Below, piece after piece: positions 50,846 to 62,415 of a stretch of 64,000 nt of DNA (the stretch's first letter is position 1; every line of letters begins with the position of its first letter). Location: assembly GCA_024137785.1 (NCBI GenBank), contig JAHRHZ010000025.1, forward strand, positions 33,724,285 through 33,788,284. The letters run 5' to 3'. The notes beneath the pieces were generated by a model. It did no database searches and had not been told where the DNA came from. It worked only from the letters and a program-made list of their open reading frames with translations. Position numbers and translations under genes: made by a program. The DNA is from Ginglymostoma cirratum (lineage: Eukaryota).

Positions 50846-51900
50846 ATGGTTTGTTTTTTAGGGTTCCACAATGACACTTAATACACCCTGGGACTTTGAT
50901 AACACTTGGTGAACCCATAAGAAAATGCTTCTGAGCAGATTCAGATACCTACAGGATGGGACAGAGACAGAACCAATAGAAAATAAACTGAGAGACATAG
51001 TCTGCCATCACCCATCAGTGTTGTTTAGTCCCCATTCAGATGCAGAGCATTTTAGGCACAGACCTTATGAGGAAGTATAATGTATGTTTTCACCCAGCCA
51101 AATTGTTGCATTTGGCAAATGCCCTAGATTGATGAGACCCCAGTGGAGATTGCAATAGGCACATAGACACAGTGAATTTGTACCATTGGGGATCTGTGGA
51201 TTAGACACATCGAAATGATTGAGCATGCAGTAGCACAGGCAATTATCAAAGGGCACAAGAGCTCATCATATAGAGGGTGAAATAGTGATAGATGGACAGG
51301 ACCCAAAGCCACAATAAAAAAACACAAAGGGGCAGAGGGAGAGGTGGCCAAGGTCATTAGCAGATTGTTAAAGCAAGGAGTCCTACTCCCTGCAACATCT
51401 ACCAAAAATTCGCCAAATGGTCAGTTCAGAAACCAGATGGCTCTTGGTGGCTCATCATCGACTCCTGGAACCTAAATAAACTAGCTTCACTATGCCACCT
51501 GACAGGAGCAACTAACCTGAATCCATGACAAGGCAGGCGCCATGGCAAAATGTTTCACTTTACTGGACCTTAGTAATGGATTTTGGTCCATCCCCCTCCA
51601 CCATCACTGCCAATATAAATTCACCTTCACATTTCAGGGTCAGCAATATACATGGACCTGTTTGCCTCAGGGTTTCCACAATTCTCTGTCAAAACTTCAT
51701 CAGATGCAAAGGACCAGAGAAGTTTTCCCAACCAGACTGCAGTACATGGACAATCTTGTCCTGCAGCCAGAGACAAGCACCATCTGACATTGAACACAGT
51801 GAAAGGAACTGTCTACCCTCCTCACTACCCTAAGGCTAAGATAAACCCGAGAAGGCACAGATCACGAGATCTCAAGTCTCATGCTTGGGAACTGTGAAGG
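50846..51900 (+). pseudogene. Endogenous retrovirus protease + reverse transcriptase remnant (spuma/Loki-like)
   Basis: Protease: GSTMTLIH (catalytic DT lost) and SILGTDLM. RT: VISRLLKQGVL..NSP.W.VQKPDGSW...ID..NLNK, then LDLSNGFWSIPL..CQYKFTFTFQGQQYTWTCLPQGFHNS...LQYMDN. Frameshifted. Confidence 0.85.
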
Positions 51901-52016
51901 CTTAGGGCAAATGTGAAATAGAGGGGAAATGCATTGAGGTCATATCCTGTTTGCATCTCCCAAGGGTGTGAGGTCATTGTGCTCCTTTCTGAGCTTAATG
52001 GGAAATTGAATTGACT

Positions 52017-52196
52017 AATTGGTGGGATGAATTCTGGGACCGGGGCTGAAATGTGCAGATACATCCATGGGTATGTCTCCTATCACACTTGGCTATGTTC
52101 TTCATTCTGTTTACTTTGTGCTATTTCACCATCCCCCTGGTTAAATATGTCTGCTGGAAGAAGCAACTCATCCAGAAACTAGCCATGGCCTCCTAG
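52017..52196 (+). pseudogene. Env C-terminus remnant: Trp-rich membrane-proximal region, TM helix, short tail
   Basis: NWWDEFWDRG*NVQIHPWVCLLSHLAMFFILFTLCYFTIPLVKYVCWKKQLIQKLAMAS*, downstream of the RT in the same orientation. Confidence 0.6.
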
Positions 52197-52294
52197 AGTG
52201 GGAGCCAAGAAATTAATTAAACCAGACTATGTCATGAAAGAACTAGGAAAATTGTTGCATGATAAGTTTTTTACTTTCTTGAGTGTTGCTAATT

Positions 52295-52880
52295 ATTGCC
52301 AAAGAGGCTTGAAGGCAAGCCATTGTATGTAAATTGTAGGTAATGCTCAATGTATGTATCACATTGTTTGTATACGGTACTGTTAAGTTTATTTATGTGC
52401 CTAAGGAAGATTGTTAGTGCCTAGGTTGTTATTGTCTATGTACAATGGGGAACCCAGATCCTCAGAGAACAGGGAAAATCTTATAAGACTTGATATATGC
52501 CTGAACAACAGCATGGTCTGAGCCTATGATCATATTTTTGCTAGATGCTACAGGGATCAAGTGACCATGGGCCCAAAAATTGGACATCCTAAATGGACCC
52601 ACAGCCAAAGAAACCAGGCCTCACAGAAAATTGCCCAAACTAAATTAAACAACAGATATTGGCTACAGAGAACAGTGGAAAACAAGATCAAAGAGGTCAT
52701 AAATGTTATGGGGAATGATTTACAACCAGCCCGAGGACTGCATTTTGGAGAAATGTTGATCAGATGTTCTGCTATCTTGCTGCCTGAGTATACGCATTTT
52801 ACACTTCCCAGCACGGCAACAATGAAGGGTGTTAGCATGACCCCACTGGATGATTTGAACACAGCTTATGACTTCATATG
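52295..52880 (+). mobile_element. ERV-related shared segment, copy 3
   Basis: Colinear similarity with 1660-2270, e.g. GLHFGEMLIR..TLPSTATMKGVSMTPLDDLNTAYD vs GLCVGEISIR..YLPSMATVMDVGATPLDILNPAHD. Confidence 0.7.
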
Positions 52881-53062
52881 CAAATCTCCTGTGGTGTTGC
52901 TTATGATAAATTGGGTAAAATTTTGTCTAAGGAAATAAGGGTTAAACTTAAAAAAGTATGCAATACTCTAATTGTTGCTAATATGGAGGCTTGAGCCATT
53001 GACACCTTAATGCCTAAGATCATAATTATTCAGCAAAATCACTGTACAGAATAAGATGAGTC

Positions 53063-53195
53063 AACTTTCAGTTGTTAGGAGACAGCAAGAACTGCAGATG
53101 CTGGAGTCGGAGTCTTTACAGTGTGAAGCTGGAGGAACACAGCAGGTCAGGCAATCTGGTTCCCCCAGCTCCACACTGTATTAACTTTCAGTTGT
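53063..53195 (-). mobile_element. Fold-back PLE-end mini-insertion with 13-bp target-site duplication
   Basis: aactttcagttgt at 53063-53075 and 53183-53195; 22-bp inverted repeat 53117-53138 / 53159-53180 (20/22 match). Confidence 0.8.
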
Positions 53196-53727
53196 AATTC
53201 AGGATAGAAGTGAGAACACAAGATTAAATGTCTGTTTTTTAAGCTACAATTGTTTAACGTCAGTTTTTAATGTCTTATCTCAAAGATATCTATATTTTAA
53301 TAAGCTGTGCTGTGTTAGAAATTTCTCACTAAAAGTTTTGTCTCATATTTAGAAATCAATATTAGGCTTGGAAATAACTAGCTGTAGTTATAATTACTGC
53401 AATATATTTCCCTGTAATTAAGTGTAGCAGAGAAGTTTGGGGCAGGGAGTGTGCAAAAATCAGGGTGTGTCTGTAGACATACAACTTTCATTACTATTTT
53501 TTGACACAGTATACATGCTGAATATATATTCTAATAGTGTGGTTTTGTCTAGTCTATTTAGTAATTGATAACGTGTTGCAGACATAGAATTGTGCATGAC
53601 TCCAGTGGTTTGACTTAAACAATTGTTTACTGCTGGTAGGAGAGGGAGAATATATGATTCATTTCTCTTAATTTCATCTTTTTCCTGATTCAAAGGTGCG
53701 TATTTAGTGGACGATAATAATTCCTAT

Positions 53728-54342
53728 AGATTTGAGAGTTAGATTTTATTGTCACGTATGCTCTAGTATAGAGGTACAGTGAAAATTGTATAATGTTGCC
53801 ACACAAGGTGCCATCTTAGGTACCAAGATGCCTCGGTACAAAAATCTTTAGGACAAATTAATAACAGAAACAGAGTTAAAAGATTAAGCATTACTTTCAT
53901 AGAATAAGTAGAAAAATAAAGAAATAAGATGATAGTTAATATTAAAGTCTTTCTTAATTTAAATGAGAAAAATAAAGGAATGTTAAAAGTTCAACTGTCT
54001 ATGATGAGTGCTCTGCTTATCTCGCTCTTTGGTTGACCTGAGCTGCCTGTTCTCGAAGCTGCCGATACCAGCACTGCTGCTGAAGTTGTCATCTCTCCAA
54101 TCTCCCCCGGTGCATCAGGAACATGCCCAGGCAGGACCCACTTGCACACCAAGTCAAGACAATGCCTTGAGTCTGGGCCGACATACCACTGGGGAGGTGA
54201 AGAAACACCAAGAGGAGGAAAACACCAACAAGGGGAGAGAAAGGAGAAAAAAATGGGAAAAAAAGAGAAGGAAATGAGAAATAGACAGATGGAGCAGGGG
54301 AGCGCCAACTGGAATGTCCTACTCCATCGCCATCTTGGACTG
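53728..54342 (-). mobile_element. Non-autonomous retroelement with YY1-type 5' end and Rex1-like 3' tail
   Basis: Reverse begins gtccaagatggcgatggagtagg and ends ttttcactgta...acgtgacaataaaatct; no credible ORF. Confidence 0.55.
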
Positions 54343-55384
54343 TCTCCAACTGAGATTGGAGTTAGATGGTCCATAACTTTTCCTAGTAAATCTATTGTTT
54401 CATTGACTAAGGCTTCAACCAATACCCTATTAATATCTCATGGTAAATACTTTGTTTTTCATTTTTGTTGTTAGAATAGACTGACTGTATATACTGATGC
54501 AAAAGTCAATCTCATGCAAAGATTGACCACATGGTTTTTGGTCAGAAAAGATGTGATTTCTCATATACATTGAGGAAAAAAATTGAGTCAAGTCTTTCAG
54601 TAATCAAAGTTCAAAACTTCTCAAATCAAGGTATAATTCCGCAGGTATTGAAGATTCGATTCCATTGGAATTGTAAGCACGCTATTGAAAATGAGTGCTT
54701 GCATGTGATGCCTACAAGAAGTACAACCTCAAATTTGGTATTAATTATTCAATTTTACAGACTTCAGACTATAATAATAGTTAACATTGAGTTTTAGCAT
54801 TGTTGATTCTTTCTTTATTCTATTCCAATGGTCTTTATTGGATTTCATTTGGCAGCCACTCAACAACTTTATCTATCTCAACCCTATGGCATCCGGTCTA
54901 AAAAACTGGTCTCAAAAATTCAACTTCTACATGAGCTTTTATAATTGATAACATAGGTGTTACTTGACATTTGCAAACTGAACATACTGACAGCATTTAA
55001 ATTTCTCCTTGCACTGACAAGAGCTTCATTTGACAGAAATATTCACACACTTCAATATTAAGCAACTTCTCAATTTTATTCTGTCAACATGGCAGGAGCT
55101 GTTTGGAATGACAGGTATGATCAACTAGAGTGACACAGATTGCAGAGGCAATTACACATGAAGTTGTGTTTATTTTCAAGAGCTGGCATCCCTCAAAACC
55201 AGTTACATTTCCCAAACTAAAATACGTCATTGTCACTACTAATGAGTCGTGCTTGGCAGGTCTGAGCTGCCACAACACTGGCAATAATTTTAATAACTTC
55301 TCATGTGCATGTCCAGCTATTGATTTGTCACTACACTCAGACAGCCAGTGAGTACAAAGTGAAACAGACAGAGGTTATGGAGAA

Positions 55385-55745
55385 AGAAAGAATTTGCATA
55401 TTTATAGTGCCTTTCATAATTCTGATTGTCAAGAAGCATTTTACACCCAACAAGGTGCGTTTGAGGTGGAGTCACTGTTGTCAGTCATTCTAGAAACCAC
55501 AACAAAAACAGAAATTGCCGAAAAAGTTTTGAGGAAAGCGTTCACGCTGATTTCTCTCCTCAGATGCTGCCAGACCTGCCGAGCTTTTCCAACAATTTTT
55601 GCTTTTGTTTCTGATTTACAGCATCTACAGTTCTCTCCATTTAGCATCTCAGCTTAAGAAAAGGCATCCCTGACAGGCTGGCACTCCCAATATGCCACAC
55701 TCAGCTTAGATAATATGCTTAAGCCTATCACCTTCTAGCTCCCAG
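55385..55745 (-). mobile_element. Deu-SINE remnant interrupted by a fold-back PLE end (55495-55645)
   Basis: Deu tail ttgcatatttatagtgcctttcat...gtcactgttg. The insert aacaaaaacagaaattgc...aaaag is inverted relative to cttttccaacaatttttgcttttgtt of the PLE tail. Confidence 0.6.
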
Positions 55746-55749
55746 GCAA

Positions 55750-56022
55750 GTGTCATAGAGGTGTACAGCACAGAATCAGACCCTTGGGTGCAACACATCC
55801 ATGCTGACCAGATGTCTTACATTAATCTAGCCCCATTTACCAGCATTTGGCCCACATTCCTCTAAACCCTTCTTATTCATGTACCCACCTGGATACCGTT
55901 TAAATGTTGTAATTGTACCAGCCTCCACCACTTCCTCTGGCAACTCATTGCATACACGCACCAGTGTGAAAAAGTTGCCCTTTAGGTCTCTTTTAAATCT
56001 TTCCCCTCTCACTTTAAACCTT
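55750..56022 (-). mobile_element. CR1 3' fragment
   Basis: ORF 55827-56081: FKVRGERFKRDLKGNFFT..VRVCNELPEEVVEAGTITTFKR. Confidence 0.85.
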
Positions 56023-57054
56023 ACCAATTGCGCCACTACAGGATTATTACGTATAAGAGTGGAGGGGAGGTGCCATGACAACGCGGTTGAGTTTCCAGAC
56101 TTCCTCGGAGTTTATTGTGGCTTGCTGCACCATTTATTCAAGAGAGGGCGCTCTAAAACAAGAATCCGTGGTTCTATAGGGAGGGCGAGATCTACTCAGG
56201 AGCTGCTGTGAACTGTAATCCATGAATCTCTGTAATGTGAGCTCTGGGGCTTCATATTTCACACTGATTCTCTTTATATTGCGCTGTGGGTCTATAAATC
56301 TGAACACATGGCATGAATATGGAGCAGATACAAATGAAACGAATTCAACCTTCTCCTCGTTTAGGAAACGGAGACGTGTCTTTATTCGCCATACTAATGG
56401 CTAATAGGGACTCGGAGGGGGGTGTAGTGAGCTGATGAACAAGGTAGACTGACCGTGCACAATTTGAGGGCAGAAGAAAGGAAGTATAAAGCAGAATAAA
56501 GTATTCCATGTTCATGTGTGGAAGAAGAATCAAGCTGTGTCTTAAAGCGTGCGAGGAGAAAACAACAAAAATAATAAGAATTAAGGGAAGGAAGCGAAGG
56601 ATAGGAGAGAATTCAAGGTCAGGGCAGACAAAAACGACGCGAATTGGAGGAAAGCCGATGGGTTTAAGGCTAAAACTTCAGAGATTTGCACCGCGGTTTC
56701 TTTGATCCTGATTCTGTTGAGTGCAAAAATGCTGCTTTTAACTTGCTCCCCACCCCACCACCACCGGGACAAACACTGTCCTATACAGGCGGTAAATGCT
56801 CTGCCTCCTGTTAATGGACACAGATTTGTTGAGTTTTGCTCAGACAGTTTTGAGGTAGACACTCTATGAGAGAGAGAGAGAAAGACTGCCTGTTAATTTT
56901 TCACTCCAGACCGAACCAGGAACAGACCTCACTGAGGATAACTGGCAGAACTCCACACGCTGCAGAAACTGGCGTTTTATTTATTTTTTCCCCTTCTCCC
57001 CAGCTGTGTAAATGCAGTTGTTGGGGGAGAGAAATACCACTAAAATGTCGCATC

Positions 57055-57450
57055 ATATCTGGGGGGGGTGGGTGGGGGTGGATTTGGGGTTAAAAAATAA
57101 AGTGCGGTAAAATCTAATCAGGCCTCGAAATGGGACAGAGGGGTCTGATTGCGGAGTGGGGGGTGCTCCTTTTAAAGAAGTTGTAGCATGAGTGAAAACA
57201 GCGGGGACATTTGTAAGCGCAACGTTAAACGCGCTGTCGCTGGTGGAAACAGAGTGAATGTCACTCAAGCCCACGTGTCGCTCACAATGTTTCCAATCGG
57301 CGGGAGCACTTCCTAACATTTCTCTCTCTGTTTCTGGTTTTGCACACGTTGTGTGTCCATTCGTGGTTTCCTAAATTAGGAATGGCTTCCCCTCCCCCCC
57401 CCCCCCCCAATCTCTCTCGCTCTCCCCTCTGCTGCTGCTCATTCGAAGTG
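57055..57450 (+). promoter_or_regulatory. Putative GRIK3 core promoter
   Basis: G-tract 57061-57088, E-box CACGTG 57272-57277, CCAAT at 57293 and 57407, C-run 57389-57408 and a CT/CTG tract before the UTR-like sequence; no obvious TATA box. Confidence 0.55.
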
Positions 57451-57589
57451 AACTACTGTGTGCATTGGTTTGGAGCTGAGCTACTTTCTGACTGAACGTG
57501 CGCCTCCCACGATCCCTTGCAGAGTTGTGTCTGTCCTTCCTTCTACTCCGCTTTATTGGACTAAGTCGGTGTGTGGAGACGTGAAGATC

Positions 57590-57655
57590 ATGTTGAGATT
57601 GCACGGCTCTGGGAAAGCATCCGCTCGCTCACTCCTGACAATCAGAGAGTTTTAA
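57590..57655 (+). other. Upstream ORF (21 aa) in the putative GRIK3 5' UTR
   Basis: aagatcATG...TAA, MLRLHGSGKASARSLLTIREF*, with A at -3. Depends on the TSS lying upstream of 57590. Confidence 0.45.
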
Positions 57656-57832
57656 TTTCCTTCCCTACCAGTTCCCCACTATCCACCACCAAACAAGAAA
57701 TTCATTTTGCATCGACTGTAGGCAAAGCGGCGGACAGAAGCTGAATATACGGTGGAATCTTGCTTTAAGCTCAGCTTGTACCTTCAGACTTGTGACCACG
57801 AGAAATCGCTGGGCTTGCCCCCTCTTTTGAGC

Positions 57833-57917
57833 ATGATTTTGGAATACAGGACGGGACTTATTTTTTACTTGTTTTGGATACAATATTCTCATGGGATGCC
57901 TCATGTCATTCGTATCG
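57833..57917 (+). CDS. GRIK3: Glutamate ionotropic receptor kainate type subunit 3 (GluK3), coding exon 1: signal peptide and start of the N-terminal domain
   Basis: MILEYRTGLIFYLFWIQYSHGMPHVIRI-G aligns with mammalian GluK3 LVWEYWAGLLVCAFWIPDSRGMPHVIRIG. Phase-1 donor G|gtaagg at 57917/57918 matches the kainate-receptor exon 1 boundary. Exon 2 (GIFE...) was not seen in the window. Confidence 0.9.
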
Positions 57918-60900
57918 GTAAGGGCTTCTCGGCGTGAGAATTTATTTTTTGTTTGTTTAGTGTTGAGGTATTGTGCTGTACTGCTCTCTTTCTCTCTGGG
58001 AGCTGTTATTACAAGGAGGATTGTTCAGCTGTTGCTCCTTTGGCGGGGTACTGTGGTGGTTGGGGAGGGGCAGTGTGAGTGTTGGTAAGGGATGGAATCT
58101 GTCAAGTAAATATATGCGGTAACTTGGGGGAAACAGCTAACTATAAGCGATGGACCTAGTCTGTGCGTATAACAAAACGGACTCGTTCCCCGTTCATTTG
58201 GAAATTAAAACACACGCACGCGAGTTAAGGTCGGCATTCGAAGCTGCACCTTAGTTCACACCATTTTATTGAATCAGAGTTGTGATAGTCCCAATTCAAA
58301 AAGGAAGAGGTCAAAAGAGAAGGGAAACTGAAGGCTAAGTTCCGTGTCTCCCACTCAAACTTCACTCAAGAGGGGAAGCTAGATTCAGAGTTCAACTCTA
58401 GGTCCGGGATTTGTCATCCCCTCTGTATGCCGGGCTGCGTTCTAATATTGTGCGCTTTTGTGTGTACGTGTGTAGCTGTCGTTATTTCTGTAACTGGGAG
58501 AGTGACAGGAAGATTAAACTGCTCCATTTTTGATTTAATGCTAAATTAATTATATTGCTGCCACACGCATACATGAGAATAATGACCTCCCCCAACCCCG
58601 AGACAAGGACGTATAGAGACGGGGATCTACATATATAAAACAGTGACAGGCGCGAAGGAATGACACTCATTGCACACGCTTGATTCGGGATTGTGCATAT
58701 GCGGGCTTACAAAGTCTGTCTTTAAGGGAATGGGTTGCAAAATACAGAGATGGATGGAATGAACCAGCCATATTTATGATCCACATTTCTACTGATTAAA
58801 TATATTCATAGCACACGGGGTTAGATATCAGAGTAAGCGGCTAGGCACTTGTCTGAGAAAAAAAGAGGCTGAGATACATCGGTACGGGGACACAGGTAGA
58901 CAGGATGATAGATGGACAGGGAGCAGTGGAGTGGGAGAGGCAGCGCTATCTGTCTTGGCTTTGTGAGTCCAGTTTTGACAGGCACTTAGACTGAGAACAT
59001 GCCAGCCTCGGCCTCTCCCCGGGTTATTCGTGTGCTTTAATCTCTCACGGTGACTTGTTGTCTGACGGGTCTTAAATTCGTGTTACCTGTCGTACCTACT
59101 GGAGATAGTGTTAACAAAAAGAAACTGGAAGAGGTGTAGGTTAGTCTTTCTCGGAGTGACAAAGCGTTTCCAACACTGCTGCTCTGTGTCAGACAGCCGA
59201 GTGCAGATCAATACGTCTGTGAGGCTGTTGACAAATAGCTTTAGACAGTGACTTTTCAGCAGGAAGTATACCCGGCAAGGTCTGAACTTGAACATGTGGG
59301 ATCATACAGGTGTTCACCAATACTCAGGATGCTCCCTAAATAGCGGGATCGTTCCCTAAATCCCTCTCAGTTTAAGATCCTGCCTCAATCATAGTCAATT
59401 ATTTGTCACACGACTGTAGGCTGCGCGGTTATATAACCCAGAATGAAGGCGTTCACTGTTGAAGTGGTCAATGGGAGCAGTTACCCAGGCGCTGGTATGA
59501 AGATAGAAGAATCGTGGAGGCAAGTTCGAGCGCATGAAGTGTGAGGATTCCGTGAAATGGTCTGTAACCATTCTCATCCTCCTCACTCCCACCCCCGACC
59601 CACAGAGATGGGAAACTGGAGGTGAAGATGTAAGTGACAGATTGGAGATCTGGGTTGTACCTTGAGTGTCTTGGCCGAGGGGATGGGTTCCGAGGCAGAT
59701 CTGAAAACACGAGCATGAAGCTTCTGCCTTGAGTAAATGTGACCACTTCCCACCGTCCATTTCCGCACTCGTCCAAGTTCCATATTGTTAAATGGCAATT
59801 GAATCGAGCGCAAGGTGGAGGAGCTGCCTCGGAATTAAGAAAAATAATCTGTGCGTGGTGGTGACCCCAAAAGGGGAGAAGAAGCCCTCTCCTGCCCATA
59901 AGACGCACAAATATCGACTTGCAACACCCCCCCCCCCCGCAAAACTGCGGGGATTAGGCTGGGAGGGGGTGGGTGAATGCATAGGGTGATAAATAATCTG
60001 AAAGTCTCGAATTCCCAATTGATTGTTAGTCATTTCTAGTCTTTTTCACTGTCAGCTTCCTCATCCCACCAACAGGCTTGACCTTAGTGAAGGCACCTGT
60101 GCAACTTTATGTCATGAGTGTATTCAAACATACTGACTAGAGACATTTGGAGACAAAGTGCAAACCAAAAGGCTGAAGATAATACATTCTCTCCTCCCTT
60201 GCAATTAATTCTTTCAGCAAAAATAGAACACCGGAATAGCTGCAATCCATCTCGATTGTTCCCCCTCCAACTCGCCCGTCTCTATCTATTCCTCCTGTGA
60301 GAACAGTTGGCATTTAAAGGGTGTTTTTCGAGGCCGTTTTTCATTTGGACAGATCCAGCCGTTCAAAAGATTCAGAAGTGAGGGTTTGGGGTGAGTTTCT
60401 CTGTCGGGATGCTGGTAGCGCGCCGGCGTTTCCATTGGGAGAGGGACACGCGTTGGTCACTGCCCAGGTTGCAACCTCTGAATGCTCTCTTCCTTATGGA
60501 TTCGCTCTGTGAGGGATCAGCACTGTACAATCAACATCATGCAAAGCGTCTGGGAGTGGGGAGGATGCCAGTGACTCCCGACCGCTGAAAACTATCCGCA
60601 AAGCTTTGCAGATTTAGGCAGAGCCACAGACTAAATACACCAACTACTTGTAACAAATAACAAGAGGACTCTAGGGGCAGGTTAGAATTGACAAAGCTGA
60701 CTAATAAATACAATTGGGAATGAGGATGGCTTGAGTGCTTCCTGTGGTAGGCAGAGGGAATATCTCATTTTAAACACTTGCTTCCAGGATTAGAACTAAG
60801 TATGGCAGCAGAAAATTGTCAGCTGTCTGAAATTTACTGTGTCTGCTATCGGGCTGTTCTCCGGTTGAATAATCCTTTCAAACCCCATGGAGAAAGTGTA

Positions 60901-61220
60901 CCTTTGCTCTCATTCTGGCCGCCAGTCCTTTCTCACTCTCGATTGAATCTAACCTGAGGCGGTCCGGTTCACTCAGGTGTCAATCTGCGTGACAGAAGTG
61001 CCCCTACACACCCTTCTGCCCAGCGGAGATTCTAGCACGGGGCAATGATATTTCGCGGATCCAGTTGAACTCATGCATTTAAAAAAGAACTAGGGCTGAG
61101 TCAGTGTTGGTTGAACTGAAGCCTTCAATCGGGTTTTCAACGGACCCAAGGGCAGAATTACCACAAGCAACTTCTCAATTGAGAAAGTCAAACTCGGACA
61201 ATGGTTTACTGAATGGTCTC

Positions 61221-61252
61221 CCGTTTCCTGGGGTAGCCGTTTCCTGGGGTAG
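61221..61252 (+). repeat. Perfect 16-bp tandem duplication
   Basis: ccgtttcctggggtag x2. Confidence 0.95.
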
Positions 61253-61544
61253 CTGAACCCTATCGATGTTGGCGAACTCCTGGGAATGTTTAACTCTTGA
61301 GATCAAGTTGTAGCGAGGGAGATACTTATGCGCTTCAACTTAGCTAACTTGGTGTGCATAATTTATTGACTTTCCGCTGTTCCCTGAATCTTAACCCCCA
61401 ATTTCTTTCTATTCGGTGCCCACGGATAACCACCGTAGTTTGCATCCAGTGTATGCCAGGAATGCTTCATGGGGCAGTTTGGACAGTGGGCAACCAAATA
61501 GACCCCAAAAGGTCAACTTTTTTAAAAAATCTGTTTAAATTAAC

Positions 61545-61800
61545 CGTTCATGGGATGTGGGTGTTGTTGGCTAGGCTGACATTTGTTCGCATCTTTTACT
61601 GTCTTGGAGAAGGCGGCCTGTCTTCTGGAACCAGTGTTTTACACGGCCCTGGTGTGTTAGGGAGTTCCGGGGATTTGACCCACGGACAGTTTTGAAGGCA
61701 CAGCCACGTATTTCCAGCTCAGGGTGGGAGGGAACTTGCAGGGTGTCACGCCTTGTCCTTTTAGGTGGTAGGCATTGTGGTTTTGGAAGGTAGCCTCGAA
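61545..61800 (-). mobile_element. LINE/SINE 3' tail fragment in intron 1
   Basis: ttcatgggatgtgggtgttgttggctagg...tgttagggagttccggggatttgaccc...ggagggaacttgcagg. Confidence 0.65.
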
Positions 61801-62244
61801 AATGCAGCGTACCCCCATCCAACTCACTTGCCCTGCTTGTTGCACCCTGAGGGTTTAATTTATCCAACTGTGCGCCAGTTCTCGCAACATCAATGTCCCT
61901 GCGTCGCCACACACTTTGCATGTTGCTGCTGAACTGACGCGGGATGGTTGGGGGCGGGGGGGTTGATACTTTGATTTGCATCTGGATGGTGGGATGTCAC
62001 TTTATTCTCTCTGTCTGTCTCTCCTTCCCCCTCGCCCCCAACCCCCCGTGAAGACGCCGTACAATGCTTTCAGGTTGTCGCCTACCTTTCCGCCCCTGAA
62101 ACACTTCGATGTGCAAAACGAAGTTGCACTTTTCAACCGGGACACCAAAAATCCTTGTCGTTTTATAAAATGCGTAACAGTTACACATAATGACACTCCC
62201 GCTGCTATCCAGGGAAAGGGTGAACTTTTTTTTCACTCGATCCA

Positions 62245-62415
62245 TTCCATACGACATTGGAGCAGATTTAGGCCATTCGGCCCATTGAAGCTGCTCTACC
62301 ATTCCACCATGTCTGATATGTTTCAAAACCCAATCTCCTGCCTTTCCCCTGTAATTTTTGATCCCCTGACTGCTCAAGAACCTATCTTTATTCGTCTTAA
62401 ATACACTCAATAACA
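62245..62415 (-). mobile_element. CR1 3' tail in intron 1
   Basis: ggagcagatttaggccattcggccc...tctcctgcctttcccctgta...caagaacctatct. Confidence 0.8.

Noticed and set aside
57230-57250. REST/RE1 site in the GRIK3 promoter
   Set aside because: About 14/21 match to the reverse consensus, but the essential GCTGA half is broken. cacggacag at 61681 is also only a half-site.
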